Origin: Phormidesmis sp.
Lineage (GTDB): Bacteria; Cyanobacteriota; Cyanobacteriia; Leptolyngbyales; Leptolyngbyaceae
DNA length: 64,000 nucleotides
NCBI GenBank assembly: GCA_965248535.1
Contig: CBDFJR010000005.1
Span: 1,568,001 to 1,632,000, forward strand
Direction of reading: 5' to 3'
In this document: positions 32,595 to 44,030 of the stretch, piece by piece
Layout of the letters: each line of letters begins with the position of its first letter
Numbering within the stretch: the first letter of the stretch is position 1
Notes under the pieces: generated by a model
What the model was told of the DNA's origin: nothing
Database searches by the model: none
The model's input: the letters and a program-made list of their open reading frames with translations, nothing else
Position numbers and translations under genes: made by a program

Positions 32595-32705
32595 AGACAT
32601 AGGGGGATCAGCAAAGCCACCGATCGCCTCCTGATCCCCAACCCTTTATCAAAGAACAATTAGCGAAATTCTTGCACAAGTCATCACTAAACCTTAAAAA
32701 CTAGA

Positions 32706-34298
32706 ATGCTAACGGCAGATTTTCCCTGGCTGACTACGATCATTTTGTTTCCGATCGCGGCCTCTCTCTTCATTCCGATCATTCCAGATAAAGATGGCAA
32801 AACCGTTCGCTGGTATGCACTGCTTATTGGATTGCTCGACTTTGCCCTGATTGTCTATGCGTTCTATACCCAATACGATTTTTCTAACCCAGATTTGCAG
32901 CTAGTTGAGAGTTACCCCTGGGTGCCGCCACTCGATCTCAACTGGTCGGTGGGAGCAGACGGGCTATCGATGCCGCTGATTATTTTGACCGGATTCATCA
33001 CCACGCTGGCGATTTTGGCCGCCTGGCCCGTGACCTTAAAGCCAAAGCTGTTCTATTTCTTGATGCTGGTCATGTTTGGGGGACAGATTGCAGTCTTTGC
33101 CGTGCAGGATATGCTGCTGTTCTTCCTATCGTGGGAATTGGAACTAGTTCCAATCTATTTCCTACTGTCGATCTGGGGTGGGAAAAAGCGTCTCTATGCC
33201 GCCACAAAGTTTATTCTCTACACGGCAGGCGGATCGCTGTTTATTTTAGTGGCAGCCTTGGCGATGGCCTTCTACGGCGGAGACATCACCTTTGACTTCC
33301 GATCGCTAGCTGCCAAAGACTATCCCCTAATTTTCCAGCTTTGGATCTACACCGCCTTCTTAATCGCCTACGCAGTCAAGTTGCCCATCATTCCCCTACA
33401 CACTTGGCTGCCGGATGCCCACGGTGAGGCGACGGCTCCAGTTCACATGCTGCTAGCGGGAATTTTACTCAAAATGGGCGGCTATGCCCTGATTCGGATG
33501 AATGCCGAAATGCTCCCGGCGGCTCATGCAACCGTTGCTCCCGCATTGGTCGTTTTGGGGGTTGTGAACATTATATATGCAGCCCTCACCTCTTTTGCCC
33601 AACGCAATCTAAAGCGCAAAATTGCTTACTCCTCTATCTCTCATATGGGGTTTGTGCTGATTGGCATCGCGTCCTTCACGGACTTAGGCTTAAGCGGTGC
33701 TGTGCTGCAAATGGTTTCTCACGGTCTAATTGGCGCGAGTCTATTTTTCTTGGTCGGGGCAACCTACGATCGCACTCACACCCTCATGCTGGATGAAATG
33801 GGCGGCGTGGGTAAGCAAATGCCCAAAATTTTCTCAATGTTCACCGCCTGCTCTCTCGCATCGCTGGCCCTGCCAGGCATGAGCGGCTTTGTCGCCGAAC
33901 TGATGGTGTTTGTGGGCTTTGCTACTAGCGATGCCTATAGCCTCACCTTTCGGGTGATTATTGTATGTTTGGCGGCGATCGGCGTGATTTTGACCCCGAT
34001 TTATCTGCTCTCAATGCTGCGAGAAATCTTCTATGGGCCTGAAAACAAAGAACTGACTTCTCACGAAGTTTTAGTCGATGCCGAGCCGCGTGAGGTCTTC
34101 ATCATCGCAAGTTTGCTGATTCCGATTATTGGCATTGGCTTCTACCCTAAGCTGTTGACTCAGATTTACGACTCTAAAACCATTCAGCTAACCGCTCGTC
34201 TCAGAAGTCAGTTGCCTGCGCTGGCGCTTCAGCAAAGCCAAAAGCCTGTGGCGTTCCACACCTTTGGTGAAGCTGAGCAAGCGCCCACGCTGCGTTAG
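32706..34298 (+). CDS. ndhD1: NDH-1 subunit D1
   Basis: [32 protein letters not shown]; follows ndhF1. Confidence 0.93.
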   Translation: MLTADFPWLTTIILFPIAASLFIPIIPDKDGKTVRWYALLIGLLDFALIVYAFYTQYDFSNPDLQLVESYPWVPPLDLNWSVGADGLSMPLIILTGFITTLAILAAWPVTLKPKLFYFLMLVMFGGQIAVFAVQDMLLFFLSWELELVPIYFLLSIWGGKKRLYAATKFILYTAGGSLFILVAALAMAFYGGDITFDFRSLAAKDYPLIFQLWIYTAFLIAYAVKLPIIPLHTWLPDAHGEATAPVHMLLAGILLKMGGYALIRMNAEMLPAAHATVAPALVVLGVVNIIYAALTSFAQRNLKRKIAYSSISHMGFVLIGIASFTDLGLSGAVLQMVSHGLIGASLFFLVGATYDRTHTLMLDEMGGVGKQMPKIFSMFTACSLASLALPGMSGFVAELMVFVGFATSDAYSLTFRVIIVCLAAIGVILTPIYLLSMLREIFYGPENKELTSHEVLVDAEPREVFIIASLLIPIIGIGFYPKLLTQIYDSKTIQLTARLRSQLPALALQQSQKPVAFHTFGEAEQAPTLR

Positions 34299-34323
34299 CC
34301 ATTAACAAAATTCGCAGACAAAA

Positions 34324-34358
34324 AGAAGGCAGGACGTATGATTTACCTCCTGCCTTCT
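34324..34358. terminator. Inverted repeat between convergent ndhD1 and devH
   Basis: AGAAGGCAGGA...TCCTGCCTTCT. Confidence 0.75.
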
Positions 34359-34383
34359 AGGTTTGATGACTCCTCGCAGGGGT

Positions 34384-35088
34384 CTAAGCATTGCGAGTGG
34401 TTAACACCGAGTCAGTGGGCAGGCAAAGCAAGTTATCACCCTGGGTGCGAATCATGCCTTTTTGACGCAGTTTGCCCATCAGCCGAGTGACGGTGACCCG
34501 CGTAGACCCGATCGCGCTGCCAATCTGAGCGTGAGTAAGCGGGAAGGGAAGACAATAGCCCTCGTCGGTTGGCTCACCATATTCTTCAATCAGCAAGGTG
34601 AGAAAGCCTAGGAGACGGTCGATCGTGCGACGCTGCCCCAGAGTGCTTAACCAGAGAAGCTTGCGCTGGTGCTGATAGCGAAATGCGTCTAGCACTTCAC
34701 GGCGGAAGTGAGGCCAGTTGTCTAAGTCATGCCAATACATCCACACCACCGAGGTTTGATCGACGTGGGCATAGCTTTGCAAGGTGAAGGGCGACTGGGC
34801 CACGATTTCAAAGGGTTGACCTGTGCCGACAAACCCCAAGAAGGCTTCTTCAGGGCTGATGCGGGCTAGCCGAGTCGTGGTAGTGCCCGTTGCGTTGACT
34901 TGAGCCGTGCCGACCAGCCGCACCGCCCCTTTTTGCACTAGGTAGAGCAACCCTGGACGAGTCGGAATTTTTTCATCTTTGCTGAAGGAGCGAACCCGAT
35001 AGTGCTCTTGTGCCCAATCGATGATCCGCTGCCAGGTAAGAAAGGGACGAGATGCTTCAGAGTTTGGTTGGGAAGATACTGAGTACAT
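34384..35088 (-). CDS. devH: Crp/Fnr-family regulator, DevH-like
   Basis: SRPFLTWQRIIDWAQEHYR; HTH LTHAQIGSAIGSTRVTVTRL. Confidence 0.8.
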   Translation of the reverse strand: MYSVSSQPNSEASRPFLTWQRIIDWAQEHYRVRSFSKDEKIPTRPGLLYLVQKGAVRLVGTAQVNATGTTTTRLARISPEEAFLGFVGTGQPFEIVAQSPFTLQSYAHVDQTSVVWMYWHDLDNWPHFRREVLDAFRYQHQRKLLWLSTLGQRRTIDRLLGFLTLLIEEYGEPTDEGYCLPFPLTHAQIGSAIGSTRVTVTRLMGKLRQKGMIRTQGDNLLCLPTDSVLTTRNA

Positions 35089-35395
35089 AAGTTAGTTAGA
35101 GAACAATGTGAGGACTTTGACAAGGGCTGAGTAGTCAGCAAAACCGGAACATTGGCTCAATCCTCAAGCAGGTCAGGATAGAGACAGGGCAAAAGAACTT
35201 TAACAGGCTTTTACAATCTTGTCGGCATTTTCACTGACGTGTCCATAAACAGAAACCTAAATGTCCTGACTTGCAAGGTTTCAGTCATCCTATCTACGCT
35301 AAATAAATATCGATAGCAGATATCACGGGCAAAACTTAAGGATTTTCAACCGAAACTCATCTGATCTTCAGAGCGTCAACCGTAAATATGATGGA

Positions 35396-36361
35396 ATGAT
35401 GAATTGTAACCTACCTAAGATTACTTATCCAGCACTTCGCACATTGTTACGGTTCAAACTTTACGAAGTAATCTACCCTCAGACAGATGTTACCGCCAGA
35501 AAAGTGTCTATGGCTACCTCTCAGAATAACCTTGATTTTTCGAGAGTCGAGCTTTTAAGGGACTCGATCTCGCTCAAACGCCGAAGCGGTAGCGCATTTC
35601 CAATTATTTATCAGTCTGCGATCGCGCTCCAGCTTTCCTCCGTGTTACGGAGAGATTCTCTAGAGGTATCGTATCAAATTTTAGAGCAGTTTCAGCAAGA
35701 AACCGTAAACTTTTGTCAAGAGGATTTGTCAGCAGATCAGTACATTCTTGGTGACTTTAGAGGACAGGTCTTGTCGTCAGGGTTGATCCAATTTGAGTTG
35801 GGCGATCGTGGGTTATCAGTGTGGTTACAGTGCTTAATGACGCTTCCCTTACAGTCCCATTCAATCCCGCTCTCAAGTCCTCTAAAACCGTTGGCACAGA
35901 CGCTAGAAAACCGTCAACAGATGTTTGTCTGTCAACATAGCTATGCCCGATGCTGCTCAGTGCTGCGGCTAGCTCAACCGTCTGAGATAGCCTCACGCTG
36001 GGGAATCCAGGCTCTAGACGATCGCGAGAGAATTCTGATCCCTGATCCGATGCCCTGGTTAACCCCTCAAGGGCCGCTCTGCCTCACTCACTCCGCAGAA
36101 CGATCACTGATTTCTCAACTGGTGACGATCGGAGATGATCTCGCCCAGATGATGACGATGCCTCAATTATGTTTGAGATCCGCGTTTTCCCTGAGTCAGG
36201 CTTTTCAAACCCTTTGTCGGACTTGTCAAATCTCTGAGCTAGTTTCTTCCCCATTGCTCCAGCGTTCTCAAGCTAGGTTGGGTTTAATCCTCATGACTCA
36301 GCGACTATTAAAGCACTTGCTCGAAGTTGGGCTAGCGGCAGAGGCTCCGTCTGAGCTTTAG
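35396..36361 (+). CDS. DALR anticodon-binding domain protein (ArgRS paralog without catalytic core)
   Basis: Aligns by eye to the N- and C-terminal domains of ArgS in this window; no HIGH motif; start uncertain. Confidence 0.75.
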   Translation: MMNCNLPKITYPALRTLLRFKLYEVIYPQTDVTARKVSMATSQNNLDFSRVELLRDSISLKRRSGSAFPIIYQSAIALQLSSVLRRDSLEVSYQILEQFQQETVNFCQEDLSADQYILGDFRGQVLSSGLIQFELGDRGLSVWLQCLMTLPLQSHSIPLSSPLKPLAQTLENRQQMFVCQHSYARCCSVLRLAQPSEIASRWGIQALDDRERILIPDPMPWLTPQGPLCLTHSAERSLISQLVTIGDDLAQMMTMPQLCLRSAFSLSQAFQTLCRTCQISELVSSPLLQRSQARLGLILMTQRLLKHLLEVGLAAEAPSEL

Positions 36362-36577
36362 CTTTAGCCCTTTGTGCAGGTGCAAACCGCCGCCTAACCT
36401 TTCCAAACTTTACAGAGGCAGGTCACCGTCTCATAACTTATTTTTATTTAACAAGTGGATGACAAACTCAGACATCTCAGCTAAAGTATTGGGGTGTGAG
36501 GAGCGAACCAGTAGGAGCACCGAGACGAAACACGGTCAGTCGTCGGTGCTCTTTCTGATTTTAAAGCTCAGGTTAAG

Positions 36578-37429
36578 CTAAAGCACAAACGTCTCAATGG
36601 CTGCTGCTGCTCCATCCAGCTCTACGCTGGGGGCCACCCACTGAGCGATCGCCTGCACCGCTTCGGGGCCATTGCCCATCGCAACGCCGACTCCAGCATA
36701 TTCAATCATTTCTACATCGTTGAAATTGTCGCCGATCGCCATTACATTATCCGCCTTGAGTCCCAGTACGTCTTCGGCCAGATAGCGAATGGCTGCCCCT
36801 TTGTTGGCAGCAGGGTTAGTAGCCTCAAAGAAGGTAGCTACCGATTTTGTCAGATAGAGTTCGGCAGGGGTGTATTGAGTTTGCAGGGAGCCAAGCAACT
36901 GGTCAATCAAGTCAACATCATCGCTGAGGGCTAAGACTTTGGTCGGCTCGGTCGAGAGGGTTGAACGCAGATCGCCTACGGCAATGGGCTGAATGCCCGA
37001 TCGCTCCGCATAGGCTTTGGTTTCAGGGGTGATCTCCCGCACATATAGCTCATCGTTGATGTAGAAGTGCACCGAGAGCAGCGATCGTAGCTCTGGTTGC
37101 TCAAAATAATCTAGCAAACTCAAGACTCGTTCTCTAGGCACCGACCAGTGACGATCGGGCTGTTCTGATCCTGGTTTTTGCACCCATGCGCCCTGATAGG
37201 CAATCAGTGGCAGTGTAGAACCAACCTGTTGATGAAACCGCAGCGCCGATCGAAACATTCTTCCCGTCACGATCGCGACTTGCACCCCTTTTTTTTGCGC
37301 GGCGCGGATCGCCTTCAACACAGGTTCACGGATATCATTAGATTTGCCTGCGATCGTGCCGTCGATGTCTAACGCCAAAAGGCGAATGTCTGGTTTTGAC
37401 CCCGCAAAGTCTGAGGCAACTGGCTGCAT
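36578..37429 (-). CDS. Cof-type HAD-IIB hydrolase
   Basis: LALDIDGT, TGR, NKG, AIGDNFNDVEM. Confidence 0.93.
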   Translation of the reverse strand: MQPVASDFAGSKPDIRLLALDIDGTIAGKSNDIREPVLKAIRAAQKKGVQVAIVTGRMFRSALRFHQQVGSTLPLIAYQGAWVQKPGSEQPDRHWSVPRERVLSLLDYFEQPELRSLLSVHFYINDELYVREITPETKAYAERSGIQPIAVGDLRSTLSTEPTKVLALSDDVDLIDQLLGSLQTQYTPAELYLTKSVATFFEATNPAANKGAAIRYLAEDVLGLKADNVMAIGDNFNDVEMIEYAGVGVAMGNGPEAVQAIAQWVAPSVELDGAAAAIETFVL

Positions 37430-37595
37430 AGTAACGGCTCCCTTGTTGATTTTTTCAGTATGAGGGTGTCTGTTCCCATCCCACACGCTGATTAAAAACG
37501 CAATCCATCAGCGCGAAAGAAAGCCACCTAGTTAATTTTCTTTCGTCTTGTCAATGAGTGCTTTAGGTAACAAATTCCGTGGTAGTTTGGGGGTC

Positions 37596-38543
37596 ATGGC
37601 TGAAGTTAGAAATCCTCGTGGGGTGAGTCGTCAGGTTTTATTCGTTACGCTCTGGCTGACGCTGCTGGTGTTGGCCATAAAAGTGTGGATTGGGTGGGCC
37701 ACCCGATCGCTAAGTCTTTTGGCAGAAGCCCTTCACACCGTCATTGATAGTTTCAGCACCGTTCTCAGTTTAGTGGCAGTGGCGGCTCCGCACCGCGTCT
37801 CAGGCAGAGAAGTCTGGGGGCATGGAAGACTCGAAACCACGTTAGCGCTGCTGTTGTCTGCTGTTTTGGGGTTTGCCTGTTTTAGTCTAGTGGGGCTGTC
37901 GATTCAACAGCTTGGGGCGACGCAGACGCTCACCGCACTGCTGCCTGTCAGCCTGTCACTGCCGCTCATTGGGCTGCTGACGATCGTGTTTTTATCAAGT
38001 TTGGGGTTGGCCTATTTTCAACGGCGGTTAGCCAAAACGTTAGAAAGCATCGCCCTGCGAGTAAACGCCAATCAGGTTTTGCAAGATGCTTGGCTGACTC
38101 TGGTGCTGCTGATAGGGTTGGTGGGCATCTGGAAAGGCTATCGCTGGCTCGACCCCCTCATGGCGATCGCGATGGTTTTGACGGCTGTGGTTAGCTGCTG
38201 GCGGGTGTTTAGTTGGCAACTGCCGCTGATGATTCGGCAAACGGCGATCGCCCCCGAAGCCATTTCTCAACTGGTGCGACCTGTGCAGGGGGTCATCACC
38301 TGCTACCAGATTCAATCACGCGGAATTGTTGGCCGTCAGGTGTTGATCGAAATGCGGCTCGTGCTGCACCCCGAATTTATGGGGGCAAGCCAGTGGATTA
38401 TGGAGCAGATCGAAGCCACGATTCGAGAACACTATGGGCCTGTGCAGGTGTGGATAAAAATCGACGACGATCACGACGAGTTGCATCCTTCTGATGAGAC
38501 CCTGCGATCGCAACACCCCAGCCGAGAATTAGACTGGAATTAG
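37596..38543 (+). CDS. Cation diffusion facilitator family transporter
   Basis: Six TM segments, SLSLLAEALHTVID, WGHGRLE, C-terminal dimerization domain. Confidence 0.88.
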   Translation: MAEVRNPRGVSRQVLFVTLWLTLLVLAIKVWIGWATRSLSLLAEALHTVIDSFSTVLSLVAVAAPHRVSGREVWGHGRLETTLALLLSAVLGFACFSLVGLSIQQLGATQTLTALLPVSLSLPLIGLLTIVFLSSLGLAYFQRRLAKTLESIALRVNANQVLQDAWLTLVLLIGLVGIWKGYRWLDPLMAIAMVLTAVVSCWRVFSWQLPLMIRQTAIAPEAISQLVRPVQGVITCYQIQSRGIVGRQVLIEMRLVLHPEFMGASQWIMEQIEATIREHYGPVQVWIKIDDDHDELHPSDETLRSQHPSRELDWN

Positions 38544-38714
38544 AGGCATTAACCTGTTTGTTAATCGGGTTGTTAAACCCTGTTAAGAAATTTTTGGCTG
38601 AGGCTTGATCGATTCCTTGCTCAAACGATCGCTCTTGCTGAATGATAGAGAGCCGTGTCGCTATTCTATAAGTAGTTAAATCTGAGTGATATTCTGTTTG
38701 CAGGCTTTGAAATT

Positions 38715-40499
38715 ATGAGTGCTACGAATGCTTTGCAGTCTTCTGAAGGGGTGATTGCACAATTAAAGAACCGCTTTGAGCAAGCCTTAATCGCTGCATT
38801 TGGAGAAGCACTCGCCGGAACCGACCCGATGCTAGTGCCGACGAGTAACCCCAAGTTTGGAGATTATCAGTCGAATGCACCCTTGGCGTTAGCAAAGCGA
38901 TTAGGGCAGGCACCGAGAGCGATCGCTGAGGCGTTAATTCAGCAGCTTGAGGTGTCTGATCTGTGTTTGCCGCCCGCGATCGCCGGGGCAGGGTTTATCA
39001 ATTTCACTTTAAAGCCAGACTATTTAGCAGCTAGACTTTCAGTTTTTCAGATCGACGATCGCTTGGGTGTAGAAAAAGTCAAGCAGCCAAAGCGAACGAT
39101 CGTGGATTTTTCTAGCCCCAATATTGCTAAAGAAATGCACGTTGGGCATCTACGATCGACCATTATTGGCGACTGCATTGCGAGAATTCTTGAGTTTCAG
39201 GGTCACGACGTTTTGAGGCTCAATCATGTCGGAGATTGGGGCACTCAGTTCGGGATGTTGATTACTTATTTGAGAGAAGTTTGTCCAGATGCCCTCACCA
39301 CTGCGGACGCGTTGGATTTAGGTGATTTAGTCGCATTTTATAAAAAAGCAAAACAGCGATTTGATGAAGATTCAGACTTTCAAGAGCGATCGCGGCACGA
39401 AGTTGTGCGGCTACAATCGGGTGCCGAAGATACCATTCGGGCGTGGAATTTGCTGTGTGAACAGTCTCGAAAAGAGTTTCAGATTATCTACAATCTGCTG
39501 GATATTAGCATCACTGAACGAGGCGAATCTTTCTACAATTCGCTTTTGGCAGCAGTCGTTAAAGACCTAGAAACAGCAGGATTGCTTGTCGAAGATCAGG
39601 GCGCAAAATGCGTTTTTCTAGAGGGTTTTCAAAATCGCGAAGGGCAGCCGCTCCCTCTAATTATTCAAAAGTCAGATGGGGGCTATAACTATGCGACCAC
39701 AGATTTAGCCGCCATTCGCTATCGCATTCAGCAAGATCACGCCCAGCGATTGATTTATGTGACCGATGCGGGGCAGGCAAATCACTTTGCTCAAGTGTTT
39801 CAAGTGGCCCGTCGGGCAGGGTGGATTCCTGACGAGGTGGAAATTGAACACGTTCAGTTTGGGCTGGTGCAGGGCGAAGATGGCAAGAAATTAAAGACCC
39901 GATCGGGCGACACAATCCGGCTGCGAGATCTCTTGGATGAAGCGGTCGATCGGGCCCGGGCCGATCTAGAAACTCGACTTCAAGAAGAGGGTCGTCAAGA
40001 AACTGAAGCATTTATTACCAACGCTTCTGAAATTGTGGGAATTAGCGCCGTCAAATATGCTGATCTAAGCCAAAATCGCACCAGCAACTACATTTTTAGT
40101 TACGACAAAATGTTAGCGCTTCAGGGCAATACTGCACCTTATATGCTTTATGCCTATGTGCGAGTTCAAGGAATCAGTCGTAAGGGTGAAATTGACTTTC
40201 AAAACTTGGGAGCAGGCGCAAAGATTTTGCTGCACGAAGAAACAGAATTAACCTTAGCAAAACATCTCTTGCAGTTAGAAGATATTCTCGATTCCGTCAG
40301 TCAAGATCTGTTTCCCAATCGATTGTGTCAATATTTATTTGAACTGAGTCAAAAATTTAATCAGTTCTACGATCGCTGTCCTGTTTTGCAAGCTGAAGAC
40401 TCGCTTAAAACCTCTCGATTGATGCTCTGCGATCTCACAGCACGAACCCTAAAATTAGGATTATCTCTGTTAGGAATTCGCGTCTTAGAGAGAATGTAG
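38715..40499 (+). CDS. argS: Arginine--tRNA ligase
   Basis: [40 protein letters not shown] end. Confidence 0.98.
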   Translation: MSATNALQSSEGVIAQLKNRFEQALIAAFGEALAGTDPMLVPTSNPKFGDYQSNAPLALAKRLGQAPRAIAEALIQQLEVSDLCLPPAIAGAGFINFTLKPDYLAARLSVFQIDDRLGVEKVKQPKRTIVDFSSPNIAKEMHVGHLRSTIIGDCIARILEFQGHDVLRLNHVGDWGTQFGMLITYLREVCPDALTTADALDLGDLVAFYKKAKQRFDEDSDFQERSRHEVVRLQSGAEDTIRAWNLLCEQSRKEFQIIYNLLDISITERGESFYNSLLAAVVKDLETAGLLVEDQGAKCVFLEGFQNREGQPLPLIIQKSDGGYNYATTDLAAIRYRIQQDHAQRLIYVTDAGQANHFAQVFQVARRAGWIPDEVEIEHVQFGLVQGEDGKKLKTRSGDTIRLRDLLDEAVDRARADLETRLQEEGRQETEAFITNASEIVGISAVKYADLSQNRTSNYIFSYDKMLALQGNTAPYMLYAYVRVQGISRKGEIDFQNLGAGAKILLHEETELTLAKHLLQLEDILDSVSQDLFPNRLCQYLFELSQKFNQFYDRCPVLQAEDSLKTSRLMLCDLTARTLKLGLSLLGIRVLERM

Positions 40500-40508
40500 A
40501 ATTCCCTT

Positions 40509-41363
40509 ATGAACTTCCATCTTGGCTGTGCAATTTGGGCTTATAAAGGCTGGGTTGGAGATCTATTTCCGGTCAAAGCCCGATCGGGCGATTTTCTCAA
40601 CCTATATAGTCGTCGGTTCACGGCGGTCGAAGGCAACACCACGTTCTATTCAATTCCAGATTCTAAAACGGTTGCGCGATGGGCAGCCGAAACCCCGCCT
40701 GGGTTTAAGTTCTGTTTAAAGCTGCCAAAAGCGCTGACTCACAACCCCTTATTGCAGCCTTCGCTACCGGGAGCGCTGACGTTTTTAGACCAAATGCAGG
40801 GATTGGGCGATCGCTTAGGCCCTTTGTTTGCCCAACTGCCGCCAAGCTACAGTCCTGCAAATTTTGACGATTTGGCAGGCTTTTTAGAGGGCTGGGCGAT
40901 CGCGCGATCGCCCCTAGCCGTCGAAGTTCGGCATCCCGATTGGTTTAAAGAGCCTCACGCCAGCCGACTGAATGGGCTACTAGAGGATCTCAACATCGGA
41001 CGAGTTTTGCTCGACACCCGCCCGATTTATAATGCGCCTGACGATCCTCAAATTGGCTCTGAGCGCCGCAAACCCAACCTGCCGCTGCACCCGATCGTGA
41101 CTGCGCCCTTCAGCCTAATCCGGTTTATCAGTCACCCCGATCGAGAGATCAATCAAGTTTATTTAGAAGAATGGGTGAAAATCGTCGATCGCTGGCTCAG
41201 TCAAGGAACCACCGTTTATTTCTTTGTGCATTGCCCCATTGAAGCGCGATCGCCCCAAACTGCCCGCCACTTTCAGCATCTGCTTCAACAACAGAATCGT
41301 TCCGTTCCACCCTTGCCGTGGGACTCATTGGAGCAAACGCCGACTCAGCTAGATTTGTTCTAA
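40509..41363 (+). CDS. DUF72 family protein
   Basis: GCAIWAYKGW, VEGNTTFY, AQLPPS, AVEVRHPDW. Confidence 0.92.
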   Translation: MNFHLGCAIWAYKGWVGDLFPVKARSGDFLNLYSRRFTAVEGNTTFYSIPDSKTVARWAAETPPGFKFCLKLPKALTHNPLLQPSLPGALTFLDQMQGLGDRLGPLFAQLPPSYSPANFDDLAGFLEGWAIARSPLAVEVRHPDWFKEPHASRLNGLLEDLNIGRVLLDTRPIYNAPDDPQIGSERRKPNLPLHPIVTAPFSLIRFISHPDREINQVYLEEWVKIVDRWLSQGTTVYFFVHCPIEARSPQTARHFQHLLQQQNRSVPPLPWDSLEQTPTQLDLF

Positions 41364-41471
41364 AAGAAAGAACGAGAACGACCATTTTCTTGACTTCCTC
41401 ACTAGCAAGATAGAATGAATCCAGCAAAAGTTCTCAACATTTAGTTAGACACGCGAGGAGCACCGCAAGGC

Positions 41472-43962
41472 ATGGGAAGAGTAGTCGGTATTGACCTGGG
41501 GACTACAAACTCGGTGGTGGCAGTCATGGAAGGCGGCAAGCCCGTCGTCATTGCCAACGCAGAAGGAATGCGAACAACGCCCTCCGTCGTCGGCATTAAT
41601 AAAGAGGGCGAACGGCTCGTCGGGCAAATGGCCAGACGGCAATCGGTGCTCGACCCTCAAAACACCTTTTTTGGGGTCAAACGCTTTATTGGTCGCAAAT
41701 ATGGCGAGCTTTCACCAGAGTCAAAGCGGGTGCCCTACACGATTCGCAAAGACGATGTGGGCAACATTCGGATTAAGTGTCCGCGGCTCGATCGAGACTT
41801 TGCTTCTGAAGAAATCGCGTCAATGATTCTCAAAAAGCTGGCAGATCAAGCCTCACGCTACTTAGGTGAACCGATCACCGGAGCCGTGATCACCGTTCCG
41901 GCTTATTTTAACGATTCTCAACGACAGGCAACCCGCGACGCAGGGCGCATTGCAGGGTTAGACGTGAAGAGAGTTCTGAATGAGCCAACCGCCGCATCGT
42001 TAGCCTACGGACTCGATCGGGGACAAAGCGAGACCATTTTGGTGTTTGACTTGGGCGGCGGCACTTTTGACGTGTCTATTCTCGAAGTCGGAGACGGGGT
42101 TTTTGAGGTCAAAGGCACGAGCGGCGACACGCAGCTAGGCGGCAACGATTTCGACGAAAAAATCGTAGACTTCCTAGCAGAAGAATTTTTAGAAAAGGAA
42201 AAAATTGATCTGCGGCGAAATCGGCAAGCCTTACAGCGACTCACCGAGGCGGCCGAAAAAGCCAAAATCGAGCTATCAGGAGTTGCCGTCACCGAGATTA
42301 ACCTGCCGTTTATTGATGCGAATTCGGACGGCCCTCTGCACATTGAAACGCGGTTGACCCGATCGCAGTTTGAAGGCTTTTGTGGTGACCTGCTTTCTCG
42401 GCTGCGCGGCCCTCTTAAACAAGCGTTTCGCGATGCGGGCATGACCCCGATGGATATTGACGACATCGTGCTAGTGGGCGGCTCGACGCGAATTCCGATG
42501 GTGCAGCAAGTTGTGCGATCGCTGATCAAAAAAGAACCCAATCAGAACGTTAACCCCGATGAAGTCGTCGCGGTCGGTGCCGCGATTCAAGCGGGCATTC
42601 TCGCCGGGGAAATCAAAGACATTTTGCTGCTCGATGTCACACCGCTCTCGTTTGGACTGGAGACGATCGGGGGCGTGATGAAAAAACTGATTCCTCGCAA
42701 CACCACGATTCCGACTCGGCGATCGGACACCTTCTCGACCTCAGAAGACAACCAGACGATGGTCGAAGTCCACATCCTGCAAGGCGAACGGGATATGGCA
42801 TCGGGCAATAAATCCCTCGGTCGCTTTAAGCTGATGGGCATTCCGCCTGCGCCGAGAGGCATCCCCCAAGTGCAGGTGTCGTTTGACGTTGATGCCAATG
42901 GCATTTTGCAAGTCACCGCGATGGATCGCACCACGGGGCGAGAGCAGAGCATCACCGTCCAAGGTGCTTCGACCCTGGGTGAAGACGAAGTGCGGCAGAT
43001 GATTCGCAATGCCGAAGAGTTTGCCGAAGTCGATCGCCTCCGCAAAGAAAAAGTCGAGAAACGCAATCGGGCTGAGGCGCTCACCTTTCAAGCAGAGCGG
43101 CAACTGCGAGAAGCCACCCTCGACTTTGGAATGCAGTTTGTCAGCAGCTACCGTTCTCGGATCGAGCCGTTAACTCGCCAACTGCGGGAAGCGCTGGCAG
43201 ACAACAACGATCGCGGCGTTGACATTGCCGAAGCCGACCTCAAAGACGCGCTCTATGATCTCAATCGCGAAGTCTATCAGCAAAATCAGGGTGACGAAGA
43301 AGGCGGATTTTTTGAGTCGATCAAGAATTTCTTCTTAGACGATGACGAAGATTACGACTACTACAACAACGATCGTCGTGATCCCTATGACTATGGCACT
43401 CGCCGCGATAACGGTTGGGATGCTCCACGTCGAGACTCCGGGAATCGAGACCCTTATGATGCTGGTCGCCGCGACTATGACGCGCCCAGACGTGACTCGC
43501 GAGATGGCTACAACTCAGTTCCCCGCGACTATCCCCCCAGTGAACCGCGCAACCGCGACAATAACCCGCCTAGACCCAACAACGATGGCAACGGAACCCG
43601 CGATCGTGGCTACGATGCCCCTAGACAAACCGACAACTACAACTCACCCAATCGAGATTCTCGTGATCCCTATAGTGACCGCGACTACAATGCTCCGAGA
43701 CGCAATCGCGACGATGAGCCGAGACCCGATCGCAACCCTCCCCCCTCTCGCTCATCTAGGGGTGACTCGACCGGAAACCGGAGCAGCGACACGCTCCCGA
43801 CGCAACAGTGACGATGTGCCCAAACGCAATTCTCAAAGCGACCCCTACGGCAACAGCGATTATGGAGCGCGTCGCCCCAACCGAGACGACCCGGCTAAAA
43901 AGCGTCCGAGTCGCCCCAACTACGATCGAGACAATTGGGATGACGAAGACGATTGGCTCTAA
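41472..43962 (+). CDS. dnaK: DnaK3-type Hsp70 with long low-complexity tail (frameshift near 43790)
   Basis: [32 protein letters not shown]; the alternative frame ends NWDDEDDWL*. Confidence 0.93.
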
Positions 43963-44030
43963 AAACAACCAGGGTTAATTTGCCCTAAACTCAAACCCCG
44001 GACTTCAAACCTCAAACTCGCTCTAACGCT

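Noticed and set aside
43380..43720. Repeats in the dnaK tail as a CRISPR array
   Set aside because: The repeats are degenerate at codon third positions, irregularly spaced and in frame; there are no cas genes.
43342..43790. Thr-rich 206-aa ORF (MTKITTTT...) as a separate gene
   Set aside because: It is a shifted-frame shadow of the dnaK repeat tail; only its final part is the true DnaK C-terminus.
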